Of a DNA stretch of 64,000 nucleotides, positions 10,626-21,445 are shown one piece after another; within the stretch, counting starts at the first letter, position 1; every line of letters starts with the position of its first letter. The translations under genes were made by a program, and so were the position numbers. The stretch comes from Alphaproteobacteria bacterium (lineage in GTDB: Bacteria > Pseudomonadota > Alphaproteobacteria > UBA828). The notes beneath the pieces are model-generated. The model was given only the letters and a program-made list of their open reading frames with translations, was not told where the DNA came from and ran no database searches. The stretch is taken from contig CAXXMU010000006.1 in assembly GCA_963667785.2 (NCBI GenBank), forward strand, positions 24,547-88,546, given 5' to 3'.

Positions 10626-10952
10626 TCAGCGCGAGGGCGACGGATCCTGGTGAAGCACCACCTCTTCGTCGGGATGGCCCAGATTGAGCAGACGGCGGGC
10701 CTCCTGGTCGAGCAGGTCGAGGTCGAGATTGTCGGTCCGGAGCTGCGAGACGCGGCGCTCGAGCCTGCTGCGCTCGGCGGCGAGCGCAGCGACCTCGGCG
10801 CGGGTCCGCTCCAGCTCGGCGGAACGCTGCATCCAGCCGAGCAGCCCGCGCTCGCCATGCACGCTCTGATAGCCGACATAGAGCAGACCGAGCGCGCAGG
10901 TGAGCAGCACGACGATCATCCGGTAGCGAATCCGCGCGAATCGCTCGGCCAT
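10626..10952 (-). CDS. ftsB: Septum formation initiator (FtsB/DivIC family)
   Basis: 108 aa with a single N-terminal TM segment followed by a coiled coil. It sits in the conserved position between eno and pdhA. Confidence 0.8.
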   Translation of the reverse strand: MAERFARIRYRMIVVLLTCALGLLYVGYQSVHGERGLLGWMQRSAELERTRAEVAALAAERSRLERRVSQLRTDNLDLDLLDQEARRLLNLGHPDEEVVLHQDPSPSR

Positions 10953-11041
10953 GGCGGGAAGACATCACCCCCGGCGCCGCCGGCTGTCAAGACAGCAGTG
11001 CTGGCCTGAATTGACGGGACACGGCGTGCCCGGCCGCCGAC

Positions 11042-13072
<2,031 letters not shown>

Positions 13073-13076
<4 letters not shown>

Positions 13077-15157
13077 CCCACGTCGAGCACGATGCAGCCG
13101 GCGTCGTTGAGCCGGGCGCGCACGCCGGGCGGGACGACGCAGGTCGCGTCGTATTCCTCGACGATCAGCGGCCCCTCCCTCTCGCGGGCCAGGTCGGCGC
13201 GGCCGATGACGGCGGCCTCGCACCAGCCGCCTTCCGGGCCGAAGTAGGCGCTGCGGGCGCGGGGCGTCTCCGTCGTGCCGGCCCGTGGCGCGATGCGGGG
13301 CGGCGGCGCGGCGGGCCGCACGCCCCGGCCGAGCACCCTGAGCGTGACCAGCTCGACCGGCTCCTCCGGGCCGGCGCGGTGGCCGTAGGTGCGCTCGTGC
13401 TCGGCGCCGAACGCTTCCTCGAGGGCGGCGAGCGCCGCGTCGTCGAGGGGGCCGTCGGGCACCGGGACCGTGAGCTCGTAGATCTGGCCCTGGTAGTGGA
13501 GGCTGGCATGACGCTCGATCCGGGCCGCCGGCCCGTCGTAGCCGTCCGCCGCGAGCCGCCCCGCCGCATCCGCCGCCAGCGCATCCCAGGCCGCGGCGAG
13601 CGCTTCCTTGTCGAGGCCGCGCAGCAGGGCGCGGAAGGTGCGCGAGAGGTGATGCTCGACGTCCGCCGTGAGCAGGCCGAAGGAGGAGAAGAGGCCCGGC
13701 GCCGGCGGCACCACCACGCGCCGGATATCGAGCGCCTGCGCCATGGCGGCGCCGAACACCGGGCCGTTGCCGCCGAAGGCGACGAGGGTGTAGCCGCGCG
13801 GATCGCGGCCGCGCTCGGTCGAGACCGCCCGGATCGCCCGGATCATGTTGGAGGCGACGATGCGGTGGGCGCCGTGGGCCGCCTCCTCGACCGGGACGCC
13901 GAGCGGCGCGGCGATCTCTCGCTCCAGGGCGCGGATCGCGCTGGCGGCGTCGATGGGCAGTGCACCGCCCACGAGATAGTCCGGATTGAGATAGCCCAGC
14001 GCCACGTTGGCGTCCGTGATCGTGGGCGCGCTCCCGCCCTTGCCGTAGCAGACGGGTCCGGGCTCGGCGCCGGCGCTCTCGGGCCCCACCTGCAGGGAGC
14101 CGCCGGCATCGATGGTGATCAGCGAGCCGCCGCCGGCGCCGACCTCGGCGAGGTCGATGGCCGGCATCCGCACCAGATAGCCCGCGCCGGTCATCAGGCG
14201 CGAGCCGGCAAGGATGCCGCCGCCCACCTGGAACTCGCTGGAGCGGCTGATCTCGCCGCCCTCGATCAGCGCCGCCTTGGCGGTGGTGCCGCCCATGTCG
14301 AAGGTGACGAGATTGTCCTGACCGAGACCGTCCGCCATGGCGAGCGCGCCGACCACGCCGCCCGCCGGCCCCGATTCGACGATGTTCACGGGGCGTCGCG
14401 CCGCCTCGTCAGCCGAGGTGAGGCCGCCGTTCGACTGCATGATGAGCAGAGGGGCGCCGGCGCAGCGCTCGCCGACGGCCTGCCGCAGGCGCGCGAGATA
14501 GCTCTGCACGATCGGGCTGATGTAGGTGTTGATCACCGTGGTGGACGTGCGCTCGTACTCCTTGATCTCGGGCAGCACGTCGTAGCTGACGCAGACAGTG
14601 CAGCCCGGCGCGCGCTCCTTGACGATCGCCTCCAGCGCCCGCTCGTGGACCGGGTTGGCGAACGAGTTGATGAGGCAGACGGCGATCGCGTCCACCCCCT
14701 CGGCAAGCAGCCTCTCCACCGCGGCCTTCGCGTCGTCCTCGTCGAGCGCCGTCTGCACGCGACCCGACGCATCGATCCGCTCGTCGACGACCGCGCGCAG
14801 GTAGCGCTCGACCAGCGGCGGCGGCTTCTCCCAGGCGAGGTCGTAGAGCCGCGGCATCCTGAGGTTGCGGATCTCCAGCACGTCGCGGAAGCCGCGCGTG
14901 CCGATGAGGCCGGTGCGGGCGCCCTTGCGCTCCAGCAGCGCGTTGCTCGCCACCGTCGTGCCGTGCACGACCTCGGCGATGGTGGCCGCCTCGAGCCCGT
15001 GCTCGGCAACCAGCGACGCGATCCCCTCCATGATGGCGCGGGCATAGTCGTCAACGCTGGAGGAGACCTTCCGCGTCGCCACCGTGCCGTCGTCGGCGAG
15101 CAGAACGATATCGGTGAAAGTGCCGCCGATATCGACGCCGATACGCCAGGTGCTCAC
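13073..15157 (-). CDS. Hydantoinase/oxoprolinase family protein, A subunit
   Basis: GTG 15157 gives (M)STWRIGVDIGGTFTDIVLL, a HyuA N-terminus. The GTGA overlap with the stop of the upstream B-subunit gene suggests translational coupling. The 1315-aa ORF in the track is a read-through artefact. Confidence 0.9.
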
Positions 15158-17016
15158 GCCCCGCTCTCGGGCGGGCGGCCCTGAGTCACCGGCATTGTGC
15201 CGCGCGAGACCGCCGGCGGCGCGTCCCACCCGCGCGCGGCCCTGAGCGCCGCCCGGCGTTCCTCGGTCGCGGCATGGTCCACCCGCCAGGAGGCGCGGTC
15301 GACGATCACGCCGTAGTCGTCGCGCGCGGCATCCTCGCCGATCAGCTCGTTGCGGAGGTCGCGCAGCACGGCGTCGGGCTCGCGCTCCAGCGGATCGCCC
15401 CAGCCGCCGGCGCCGGCAAGCTCGTGTCGGAAGATGTCGCCGCGCACGATGGTCTCGGTGAGCTTGCTCGGCAGCGGACGCTCCTCCGGCCCGGGGTTCA
15501 TCGCGTTGCGCGAGGGCTGGCCGGGGCTGCCGCCGTAGAGCCCGTAGGGCCGGAAGGTGCGGCGGTCGGCCCGCACCTGGAGCAGGCCCTCGGCCTCGAG
15601 GAAGCGGTAGTCGCGGCGGAAGGGCGTGCCGCCCCGGTAGCGGCCGGCGCCGGCGCGGTCGGGCACGAACTCGTAGGAGAGGATCTGCAGCGGGTACTCG
15701 GCCTCCGTCACCTCGACCGACTGGGAGGCCATGTTCGCGAAGATGTTCGAGTTGCCGTCCAGGCCGTCGGCCCAGGGCCGGGCGCCCCAGGTGCCGCAGG
15801 TGAAATCGACGTAGACGAAGGGCTTTCGCTGATCGTCGTAGCCGCCGATGGTGATGCCGGTGTTGCCGCCGTCGGAGGCGGCGAAGACCTTCTCCGGCAG
15901 CATCATCGCGAGCGCGCCGAAGGCACAGTCGACCATGCGGAACCCGGTGAGCCCGCGCGCCGCGCAGGCCGCCGGCAGCACCGCGTTGGTGATGGTGCCC
16001 GGCGGCGCCGAGACGGTGATGGCGCGGAAGACGCCCTCGTTGTTGGGGATGCCCGGCGGCAGCACCGAGCGGATCGCCGTGTAGGTGGCGGCCTTGGTCC
16101 AGGACAGCGTGCTGTTGATCGCGCCCTTCACCTGCGGCGACGACCCCGCCCAGTCCGCATGCAGGCTGTCGCCCTCCTTGCGGAGCGTCACGTGGAGCCT
16201 GATGGGCCTGCCACGGTCCACGCCGTCGTCGTCGATCCAGTCCTCGAAGCTGGTCTCCCCGTCCGGCAGCTCGCTGAGCGCAGCCCGGGTCAGGCGCTCG
16301 GCATAGTCGATGATCTCCTGCAGGTAGAAGCGCGTGGCGGCGGCGCCGTGCTGGCGCACGAGATCGACGATCTGGCGCTCGGCGATGTGGCAGGCGGCGA
16401 GCTGGGCGCGCAGATCGCCGAAGAGCTTGACCGGCAGACGCACGTTCTTCTCCAGCAGCGCGAACAGCGTCTCGTTGCGCTCGCCCCTGTCGTAGAGCCG
16501 CAGCGGCGGGATGCGCACGCCCTCCTGGTAGATCTCGGTGGAATCGGAGGCATTGGAGCCGGCGACCCGGCCGCCGACGTCGGCGTGGTGGCAGACGGTC
16601 GCGGCGAAGGCGATGCGCTCCGCCCCGTCGAAGACCGGCTTGAAGACGAAGATGTCCGGCAGGTGCATGCCGCCGTCGAAGGGGTCGTTCATGATGAAGA
16701 CGTCGCCGGGATGGATGGCGTCGCCATAGTGGCGCAGCACCGCCTCGATCGCCGTCGGCACCGAGCCGAGATGACCCGGCAGCGTCAGCCCCTGCGCGAT
16801 CAGGCGGCCGGCGCCGTCGGTCAGCGCCGTGGAGAAATCCATGTTGTCGCGCAGCACGCCCGAATAGGTGGTGCGGCAGACGGTGAGCGCCATCTCGTCG
16901 GCGATGGCGAAAACGGCGTTGCGGAAGAGCTCGAAGCCGAAGGGATCGGCGCCGCCCGCGCCTTGCGCCCCGGCCGCGCCCGTCGCCGCCTCGCCCTGAC
17001 CTGCAATCGCCTCCAT
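15154..17016 (-). CDS. Hydantoinase B/oxoprolinase family protein
   Basis: 620 aa from ATG 17016: DPFGFELFRNAVFAIADEMALTVCRTTYS..., typical of HyuB. Confidence 0.9.
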   Translation of the reverse strand: MEAIAGQGEAATGAAGAQGAGGADPFGFELFRNAVFAIADEMALTVCRTTYSGVLRDNMDFSTALTDGAGRLIAQGLTLPGHLGSVPTAIEAVLRHYGDAIHPGDVFIMNDPFDGGMHLPDIFVFKPVFDGAERIAFAATVCHHADVGGRVAGSNASDSTEIYQEGVRIPPLRLYDRGERNETLFALLEKNVRLPVKLFGDLRAQLAACHIAERQIVDLVRQHGAAATRFYLQEIIDYAERLTRAALSELPDGETSFEDWIDDDGVDRGRPIRLHVTLRKEGDSLHADWAGSSPQVKGAINSTLSWTKAATYTAIRSVLPPGIPNNEGVFRAITVSAPPGTITNAVLPAACAARGLTGFRMVDCAFGALAMMLPEKVFAASDGGNTGITIGGYDDQRKPFVYVDFTCGTWGARPWADGLDGNSNIFANMASQSVEVTEAEYPLQILSYEFVPDRAGAGRYRGGTPFRRDYRFLEAEGLLQVRADRRTFRPYGLYGGSPGQPSRNAMNPGPEERPLPSKLTETIVRGDIFRHELAGAGGWGDPLEREPDAVLRDLRNELIGEDAARDDYGVIVDRASWRVDHAATEERRAALRAARGWDAPPAVSRGTMPVTQGRPPESGA

Positions 17017-17272
17017 GCACCCCTCCCCGGCCGGCCGCGATGATAGGAGGGAGCCAGCGCCGCGTCGACTCTGGCCGCCCAATCAGAGGAGCTCCGACTG
17101 GATTGCCGGGGGGCTGGCTTCTTCGTCCGGCCGGACTTTGGCCGTACGTTGCTGCTATCTAGCTCAGCGCAACCCAACTTTCCCGCAACACCCGTTCTGC
17201 TGTCTGCTCACCCCTAACGTACTTTAAAGTGCAGGAGGGACTTGACGATTTCACAGTCGTTTCAGTGCTGGC

Positions 17273-19858
17273 CTATCTGGTTCCACCGAAGCCTGCGAGG
17301 AGATCGACTGCGGGGGTCCGATCGTTGAGAATTCCCGCCATCTCCTCGTGAGCAGGACCGAAGAAGGAGCCTGCAAGATGGCCATCCGCGTCAGAGAACG
17401 AATTCCCGGTGACCTCAACGTCGTAGGAAAGCGTAGGCGATCGGAAGTCAACCGCTTCGCCATCGGTATGGACAGTGAGGTTATCAAATTGCGCGGTGCC
17501 ATCGAGGGTCTCCAAGTCAACACCAAGCTCGGCGTCGCCAAAGACTGGCGGCAAATGTGCGCTGCCGAGGTCGACGCCGATGAGCGACCCTGCCCATGTT
17601 GCGTTTCCTAAAGACTCAGGCGTGTGCAGCTCGGCGAGGCTAATGCTCGGAGCCACACCGAATGCGTCGACACCGACGCGCAGTTGGTCTTGTGCTACGA
17701 CGTCCAATCCATCGTCTACGTACGTTAGGACACGCTCCGCACCTGCCCCCCAAGCGCTGTACTGGCCCCAGGCCCCGTAACCGTAAAGTTCCGGCTCCGA
17801 TGCCGTGTCCGCGCCGAGAATCTCGTAGCCAATGTCATCAAGATACGCAAAGTCGATCTGGGCAGGTTCGTACACTTCTCTCGGCTCGTTGCAGTACGCC
17901 ATGAGAGATGAGCAAACACCCAAATGAGCGTAATCCACGGTTGCTCCAGGGGTGAAAGGGGCCACCACATTCCTGTTTGAATCGAGCCACTGAAACGGAA
18001 CGGGATTGCCACCGTTGGCCCTTTGAGATTCCGGCCCTTCGAAGGTGGCATCCTGGCGATTTATATATTGTTCGATGACCGGAACGTTCCATCCGCTTTC
18101 ATGATTTACCACACCGATTATGTGTCCAATCTCATGTCCTAATACGTGGACAAACCACCAATTTCCTATTGATCCTCGTTCATTGATGTTGCTCTGCGAC
18201 AGGGTCAGCACTCCGTGCCACGGTTGATAATCGTTCGGCGTTATATCAGCGCTAATTGGTCCACCCGAAGACAGCGGATCGGTGGTAGCGTGCAGTACGG
18301 TAACCAATACCCCATTCGTTTCGAAATCTCTTGCATAGGTCACGGTGATCGGTACTGCGCCTGCATGTGCGGGAGCCGCTTGAATTGTTGTCCCTGCCGT
18401 CACTGTGTGCGTACCCAAGTCGTCAAGAATTCGATGCGACCAGAATTTACCGGCCCGTTCCATCTGCGCACGCGTCTTGGAATCGATATTCGGCGCAAAC
18501 TGCCAGTCGAACCCTATGTTGAGCGTTCCAGCGGGACCGCCCTTCCATTGCCCATACGTGATTCCGTCGCGCTCACCGATAATCTCAATTTCATCAGGGT
18601 TGACATTGCGGAAGACGGTTCCTGAAGTTGTAGGGTCAGACCCGGCAGCGTCAATCAAGTCCCTTATCACCGTTCTTCGACTTTCAATATCTGTTTGGTT
18701 TAGCGGACTCAGGGCGAGTACGGTCCTCAACGCCTCCGAATCGTTCCAGTGGTCTAGAAGGTCTTCGGCCGTGGTGTTGTTGCGCCACTCGGTTGCAAGC
18801 GGTCGCTGGTATCCGGGGGCATTCACGGCGGTCACCATGCCGCCGGTCGACGTGGCGGTGACTGCACCGTTCGCGTCCACCATCACCGTGACCTCGCAAT
18901 CGCGACCGCCGGCCGCGCAGGAGAACGCGATGCCGCCGTGCTCTTCCGATTGGCCCGCCTCAATCGTGACGGTGCCCGCATCAGCCATGAAGCCCGCCGT
19001 CACACCGGCCAGATCGACGTTCATCGGCGTAACTGCGTTTTGGTAGTCAGCGGAGTTCATGGCGGTCACCATGCCACCGGTCGACGTGGCGGTGACTGCA
19101 CCGTTCACGTCCACCATCACCGTGACCTCGCAGTCGCGACCGCCGGCCGCGCAGGCGAAGCTGATGTCGCCGTGATCCTCCGATTGGCCCGCAGCAACCG
19201 TCACCGTGCCGGAACCGGCCATGAAGCCCGCCGTCACACCGGCCAGATCGACGTTCATCGGCGTAACTGCGTTCTGGTAGTCAGCGGAGTTCATGGCAGT
19301 GACGGTGCCGCCGGTCGATGTGGCGGTGATGTCGCCGCTCGCGTCCACCATCACCGTGACCTCGCAATCGCGCCCGCCGGCCGCGCAGGCGAAGCTGATG
19401 TCGCCGTGATCCTCCGATTGGCCCGCAGCAACCGTCACCGTGCCGGAACCGGCCACGAAGCCGGGCGTCACGCTTGACAGACTGACCATCGTCGGTGTGA
19501 CGGCCGTGTTGTAATCGGCGGAGTTCATGGCGGTGACGGTGCCGCCGGTCGATGTGGCGGTGATGTCGCCGCTCGCGTCCACCATCACCGTGACCTCGCA
19601 ATCGCGCCCGCCGGCCGCGCAGGCGAAGCTGATGTCGCCGTGATCCTCCGATTGGCCCGCAGCAACCGTCACCGTGCCGGAACCGGCCATGAAGCCGGGC
19701 GTCACGTTGGAGAGGTCGACAGCCTCGGGCTGGGGCATGGTTGTCCCCCCGCCGTCGGTCCCGCCGCTGCTGCCACCGCCGCCGCAGCCGTACAGTCCCA
19801 GCGCAAGCACCAAGGCTGCCGCGAGGCCCGTCGCGTAGTTCATGGGTGTCGTTTTCAT
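17273..19858 (-). CDS. Multidomain lipoprotein: lipobox, Gly/Ser tether, 4 x 78-aa Cys-containing repeats, metzincin-like Zn-protease motif, TbpB/fHbp-like C-terminal barrel signature
   Basis: ORF 17273..20020. The preferred start is ATG 19858 (MKTTPMNYATGLAAALVLALGLYGC, signal peptide plus lipobox Cys25), followed by GGGGSSGGTDGGG. See the sub-features and findings. Its codon usage and GC are visibly lower than in neighbouring genes. Confidence 0.85.
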   Translation of the reverse strand: MKTTPMNYATGLAAALVLALGLYGCGGGGSSGGTDGGGTTMPQPEAVDLSNVTPGFMAGSGTVTVAAGQSEDHGDISFACAAGGRDCEVTVMVDASGDITATSTGGTVTAMNSADYNTAVTPTMVSLSSVTPGFVAGSGTVTVAAGQSEDHGDISFACAAGGRDCEVTVMVDASGDITATSTGGTVTAMNSADYQNAVTPMNVDLAGVTAGFMAGSGTVTVAAGQSEDHGDISFACAAGGRDCEVTVMVDVNGAVTATSTGGMVTAMNSADYQNAVTPMNVDLAGVTAGFMADAGTVTIEAGQSEEHGGIAFSCAAGGRDCEVTVMVDANGAVTATSTGGMVTAVNAPGYQRPLATEWRNNTTAEDLLDHWNDSEALRTVLALSPLNQTDIESRRTVIRDLIDAAGSDPTTSGTVFRNVNPDEIEIIGERDGITYGQWKGGPAGTLNIGFDWQFAPNIDSKTRAQMERAGKFWSHRILDDLGTHTVTAGTTIQAAPAHAGAVPITVTYARDFETNGVLVTVLHATTDPLSSGGPISADITPNDYQPWHGVLTLSQSNINERGSIGNWWFVHVLGHEIGHIIGVVNHESGWNVPVIEQYINRQDATFEGPESQRANGGNPVPFQWLDSNRNVVAPFTPGATVDYAHLGVCSSLMAYCNEPREVYEPAQIDFAYLDDIGYEILGADTASEPELYGYGAWGQYSAWGAGAERVLTYVDDGLDVVAQDQLRVGVDAFGVAPSISLAELHTPESLGNATWAGSLIGVDLGSAHLPPVFGDAELGVDLETLDGTAQFDNLTVHTDGEAVDFRSPTLSYDVEVTGNSFSDADGHLAGSFFGPAHEEMAGILNDRTPAVDLLAGFGGTR
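17276..17608 (-). other. TbpB/fHbp-type C-terminal beta-barrel signature within the lipoprotein
   Basis: GNATWAGSLIGVD...FGDAELGVDLETLDGTAQFDNL...VEVTGNSFSDADGHLAGSFFGPAHEEMAGIL...LLAGFGGTR follows the hallmark pattern ATW.G..G....GdA.L.VdF....F.n....I.GN.F....G.FyGP.a.E.aG.f...GaFGa.R. Confidence 0.6.
18122..18136 (-). other. HEIGH zinc-binding motif of the lipoprotein
   Basis: The reverse complement catgagattggacac encodes HEIGH within WWFVHVLGHEIGHIIGVVNHE. A Met-turn-like SSLMAY lies about 70 residues downstream. Confidence 0.6.
18785..19720 (-). repeat. Four in-frame tandem repeats, 234-bp period (78 aa each), inside the lipoprotein gene
   Basis: CCACCATCACCGTGACCTCGCA recurs at 18877, 19111, 19345 and 19579, exactly 234 bp apart. 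Each unit encodes ...GTVTVAAGQSEDHGDISFACAAGGRDCEVTVMVD..G..TATSTGG.VTA... Confidence 0.9.
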
Positions 19859-20042
19859 CGAAGCCTCCCTGGCATTGCCGAGGCTCGCTTGCGGGCCGGC
19901 ACGAAGCCTCTGCATCCCCGCCTTCGCGACCCGTCCTCGCGCTGCTGCCCCCACTACTGCGCGGATGGACCGGGGCAGACTCTCGACAGCCGACCAGGAG
20001 GGTCCTCGGCAGAGAGTCATTATCCGCCTTAGTATAGATATA

Positions 20043-20070
20043 TCAATATAGTTATATCTATGTGGCCACT
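20043..20070. promoter_or_regulatory. AT-rich perfect 9-bp inverted repeat (ATAGATATA-N10-TATATCTAT) upstream of the lipoprotein gene
   Basis: Read directly from the sequence. It lies about 185-210 bp upstream of ATG 19858 in the only strongly AT-rich stretch of the window. Its function is unknown. Confidence 0.3.
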
Positions 20071-20173
20071 AGAAACGAGCGCCCTGCTGCTCTCGGAACA
20101 GGCTGGCCGCGGCCCTGGCCGCTCCCTAGAATGACGGCTCGGAACGACGGCCGGGCAACGGTCAGGCTGGCAG

Positions 20174-21265
20174 ATGCCTGCAGAAGCGACCCCAGAAGCA
20201 GCGCCGGAAGCGGCCCCAGGAACGGCGACCACGCCCCCGCGCGCGGCGCACCGCATCGACCGGGCGGCGCTGGAGCGCTATCTCGGGGAACACGTGCCGG
20301 CGGCCGCGCCGATCCGCGCCATCAGCCAGTTCGCGGCCGGGCAGTCCAACCCGACCTATCTGATCGAGGGGCCGGAGCGCCGCTTCGTGCTGCGCAAGAA
20401 GCCGCCGGGCACGCTGCTGCCCTCGGCCCATCTGGTCGAGCGCGAATACCGCATCCTCGCGGCGCTGGCGGAGACCGACGTGCCCGTGCCGCGGGTCCAC
20501 CACCTCTGCGAGGACCCGGGTATCATCGGCACGGCGTTCTACGTGATGGACCATGTGGAAGGCGCGGTCGATCAGGACCCGGCGTGGCCCGCGCTCGCGC
20601 CCGAGCGGCGCCGGGCGCTCTACGCCTCGATGGCGGACGTGCTGGCGCGCCTGCACCGGGTCGACTGGCGGGCGCTCGGGCTCGCCGACTACGGCCGCGA
20701 AGGCAACTACATCGCGCGCCAGATCCGCCGCTGGAGCGGCCAGTACGAGGCCTCGCAGACCGGTGAGATCGCGGAGATGGACCGCCTGATCGCCTGGCTG
20801 CCCGATCACATCCCCGAGAACGACGAGACCACCATCGTCCACGGCGACTACCGGCCCGGCAACCTGATCGTGCACCCCACGGAGCCCCGCATCGCCGCGG
20901 TGCTGGACTGGGAGCTCAGCACCCTCGGCCACCCGCTGAGCGACCTCGCCCACAACTGCCTGGCCTTCTCGATCCCGCGCGGCGCCAGCGCCTTGCCGGG
21001 GCTGGGCGGGGCCGATTTCGCCGCGCTCGGGCTGCCGGCAGAAGAGGACTATCGCGACGCCTATTGCGAACGCGCGGGCCGCGGGCCGATCGCCGACTGG
21101 CGCTTCTACATGGCCTTCGCCTTCTTCCGCATGGCGGCGATCTGCCAGGGGGTCTACGCGCGCGGCCTCAAGGGCAATGCGAGCGCGGCCAACGCCCACG
21201 AATATGGCGACCGCGCACGGGCGCTCGCCGCGCTCGGCTGGGAGAAGGCCTCGGGCCCGGCCTGA
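20174..21265 (+). CDS. Phosphotransferase family protein (APH / ACAD10-11 N-terminal kinase-like)
   Basis: 363 aa with Q.A.GQSNPTYLI, HGDYRPGNLIV and DWELSTLGHPL.DLA motifs of the aminoglycoside-phosphotransferase-like fold. The Ala/Pro-rich N-terminus makes the start slightly uncertain. Confidence 0.85.
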   Translation: MPAEATPEAAPEAAPGTATTPPRAAHRIDRAALERYLGEHVPAAAPIRAISQFAAGQSNPTYLIEGPERRFVLRKKPPGTLLPSAHLVEREYRILAALAETDVPVPRVHHLCEDPGIIGTAFYVMDHVEGAVDQDPAWPALAPERRRALYASMADVLARLHRVDWRALGLADYGREGNYIARQIRRWSGQYEASQTGEIAEMDRLIAWLPDHIPENDETTIVHGDYRPGNLIVHPTEPRIAAVLDWELSTLGHPLSDLAHNCLAFSIPRGASALPGLGGADFAALGLPAEEDYRDAYCERAGRGPIADWRFYMAFAFFRMAAICQGVYARGLKGNASAANAHEYGDRARALAALGWEKASGPA

Positions 21266-21269
21266 GTTC

Positions 21270-21445
21270 GGGAGCGTGTCCGCTTTACACGGATACGCTC
21301 CCGCTCTTTATCGCTCACGGCAGCCGGCCTGCGGCCGGCGCCGTCGCGCGTCCACGCGCGCGGAGCGCACGATGCGAGGGCGCCGCATAAGCGGCGGGCC
21401 GCGGTCGCGGCCTGTCGCGTATCCGTCAAAGACGGAAACGCTCTA
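21270..21445. repeat. Structured intergenic repeat element, copy 1 (about 176 bp)
   Basis: Near-identical to 25369..25518 apart from an internal insertion of about 30 bp. The shared ends are GAGCGTGT.CGCTTTACACGGA.ACGCTC and GCGTATCCGTCAAAGACGGA.ACGCTCTA. Confidence 0.8.

Noticed and set aside
17155-17175. tRNA-like D-arm string (CTATCTAGCTCAGCGCAACCC) downstream of the lipoprotein gene, considered as a tRNA or an island attachment-site remnant
   Set aside because: No acceptor stem, anticodon arm or T-arm (GGTTCGAnnCC-type) can be assembled around it. There is no matching direct repeat at the other island border. It is most likely chance similarity.
18785-19720. Regular 234-bp repeats considered as a possible CRISPR-like or DGR template/variable-region pair
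   Set aside because: The repeats are contiguous, in frame and inside a coding sequence, with no unique spacers, no cas genes, no reverse transcriptase, and no adenine-specific difference pattern that I could see.
20043-20070. AT-rich palindrome considered as a Fur, Irr or RirA box
   Set aside because: It does not match the Fur (GATAATGATAATCATTATC), ICE (TTTAGAA-N3-TTCTAAA) or IRO (TGA-N9-TCA) consensus as I recall them. I kept it only as an unassigned candidate operator.
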